Below, piece after piece: positions 63,170 to 64,000 of a DNA stretch of 64,000 bases. Where the stretch lies: assembly GCA_965644265.1 (NCBI GenBank), contig OZ286464.1, positions 34,534,001 to 34,598,000 on the forward strand, written 5' to 3'. The notes under the pieces are model-generated. The model made no database searches and was not told the origin of the DNA. It saw only the letters and a list, made by a program, of their open reading frames with translations. The DNA comes from Glycera tridactyla. Taxonomy: Eukaryota. Position 1 is the stretch's first letter; every line of letters starts with the position of its first letter. The position numbers were made by a program, and so were the translations under genes.

Positions 63170-63900
63170 CAGCCTCCATCAGCCATTCTCCCAGGCTACT
63201 TCCTTATTGAGCTCCTCCAAGAAGGCACTTGCAATTATGATATGATCCACACATCCGATACCTTCGATACATAATCCACATTCTTCTTGTGCACTCATCT
63301 GGATACGTACAAAGAATCTCCTCTGAATCATATCATTGGTATTCTGCTAATTCACCCCATTATCATTACATGTAGTAGAAAGTCAGAGATGCCCAGAGAT
63401 AATGGTAGCTCACTGACCTAATACCCATCTTCAAAACCCTATCACTCCTATCATGCTTCTGCCTGTTCACTTTCAGTAATGGTTCTTCCCTACGCCAGAA
63501 GATGGATAGTTTAGCTTACCGCTACCCGATATGCAATATAGGGAATCTAGAACTTTCATTTCTACGGAATGTTTGTGTCAAACAGGATCGCACCAGACAG
63601 TGAAATTTCACTCCCGAGCGATATTCAGAATATGGTCTGGCAGTCATCTTGATAATGTTTGGACAGTGAAGGTGTCTTGTACGAGTCCATGATGATCATA
63701 TGAGTTTGTTGATGATCTCATCTATCACTTGTCCTTTCATCCAACAGGAAAAATAGAGAGTTCATATGGCACGAGCCAATAACAGAACCAGCGTCCCATT
63801 CATATCCCATTCTAACACCTAACTCCAGTGTCACACTGTGGTATTTGGCGTTATCGCCTGATACAATCGTGATATTATTGCTGCAGAATTGACAAGGTTC
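63170..63900 (+). pseudogene. Decayed copy H of the unidentified coding sequence
   Basis: One frame with few stops contains DTFDT, VLPYARRW and NRIAPDSEI (63584). aggatcgcaccaga(c/a)agtgaaattt is also present at 36091. Confidence 0.42.
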
Positions 63901-64000
63901 ACCACTCAATACTAGCCCTACACCAACACGAAGGCCTGTATGATCTGTCTGACATTCACACTGTACCACTCCAGTTGATCTAGATGTGTATGATCACTTG

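Overview
AT-rich animal (invertebrate-type) genomic DNA. It contains no prokaryotic genes, rRNA, tRNA or CRISPR array, and no intact host gene I can recognise. Three layers are visible. (1) Retroelements: the 3' end and LTR of a BEL/Pao element (1-1163); two near-full-length CR1/L2-group LINEs with large ORF1s and long inter-ORF spacers (11.3-18.9 kb plus strand, 26.6-34.8 kb minus strand); several older LINE fragments; and three Penelope-like (GIY-YIG) elements plus one terminal remnant, each carrying a hammerhead ribozyme core. (2) Simple and tandem repeats, a MITE, and eight N tracts. (3) Much of the DNA between these insertions appears to be about 7-9 highly decayed, same-strand paralogous copies of one long, apparently intron-poor coding sequence that I cannot assign to a family. 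The two most interesting signals are that hidden paralog array and a stand-alone SGNH/GDSL esterase ORF between ORF1 and ORF2 of the plus-strand LINE. All alignments were made by eye, and many element boundaries are approximate.
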